A stretch of 64,000 nt of DNA from Anolis carolinensis (Eukaryota), in contig NC_085845.1 of assembly GCF_035594765.1 (NCBI RefSeq), positions 167,478,897 through 167,542,896 on the forward strand, written 5' to 3'. The translations under genes and the position numbers were made by a program. Positions within the stretch are counted from its first letter, which is position 1; each line of letters starts with the position of its first letter. Positions 63,320-64,000 of the stretch are shown one piece after another. Below the pieces are notes generated by a model that did not search any database, was not told where the DNA came from, and saw nothing but the letters and a program-made list of their open reading frames with translations.

Positions 63320-64000
63320 CTGTCATGGGATAAGAGTTTCGTATGATTAAGTCTGTAGTGTGGTAAGATGTCAAGGAAAGCCTGAGACCAGGGGTGGAAA
63401 AAGGTTGCCAGACCAGGACTGTCCTGAGCGGGGTGCTTTGAATGCTATTTCCTGCTTCTTAGCAGGGGGTTGGACTAGATGGCCCATGTGGTCTCTTCCA
63501 ACTCTACTATTCTATGATTCTATGATTCTATGAGCACTGAAATGTCAGTATTAAAATGTGAGACCTAGGGATGTCCTCTAAGAATGGCATTAAGCATTAC
63601 CCATAGCTGTACAGGGTAGGCTAGTGCATGGATTCATTTTGAATGTTTGCCTTTTTAGTTTGTTCGGCTTGTTCAGATGCCCATAACATCATTTTTCCCC
63701 CCGACTAAAACTGACCATGTGGCTGCTGGTCGCGGCTACCTTCAGTTTCTATTCAGGATTTAGTGGCGCGCAGAGAGGCTGATGCATGCTTGCTATATTA
63801 AATACTGCTTTTTCCTGTGAGCCCTGCCTTTTGGGCTAATCAGAATAGAAGAAAGTCATGATGTGTCTTACACAAACTGTGTCTATTTAATGGGGTGAGC
63901 ACCTCCATTGCTTAGTTATGTCTTGGCTCTAGAGAGGTGCTTCAGTCGCTGCAGTCAGATTGCCTTGCCACTCACTTGCTCGCAGCTTTAGCTGTTGGCT

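Noticed and set aside
31363-64000. GPRC5A/GPRC5D, expected after DDX47 from human synteny
   Set aside because: No long 7TM-encoding exon is present in the ORF track.
1-64000. CRISPR arrays, rRNA, true tRNA genes or prokaryotic systems
   Set aside because: Intron-containing vertebrate DNA; tRNA-like boxes occur only as SINE heads, and no repeat-spacer array was seen.

Overview
Vertebrate (squamate) genomic DNA, most likely an Anolis lizard, judged from its repeats: Sauria SINEs, BovB, SPIN-type hAT, Penelope, Vingi-like, CR1, L2 and L1-like elements. Genes on the + strand: (1) the 3' part of an F-type lectin (fucolectin) gene with two complete tandem F-type lectin domains (FTLDs), both with intact fucose-binding motifs (425-1940); (2) a divergent APOLD1-like coding exon (6949-7662); (3) a complete 12-exon DDX47 (17822-31362, 445 aa by my exon assembly) with a CpG-rich promoter. 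On the - strand, candidate exons at about 63.2, 50.5, 48.3 and 42.4 kb may belong to an unidentified membrane-protein gene. Most interesting observations: (a) two small exon candidates (2867-2914, 3840-3853) would join the lectin domains in frame to the ApoL-domain exon, with a 9-nt alternative acceptor that includes or skips a stop codon; the competing reading is a decayed FTLD-pentraxin fusion; (b) two independent L1-like insertions about 2 kb apart are flanked by unusually long direct repeats of nearly equal length (181 and 184 bp); (c) Penelope repeats carry minimal hammerhead ribozyme motifs; (d) several nested or tandem transposon insertions. All calls were made by eye; no database searches were run.
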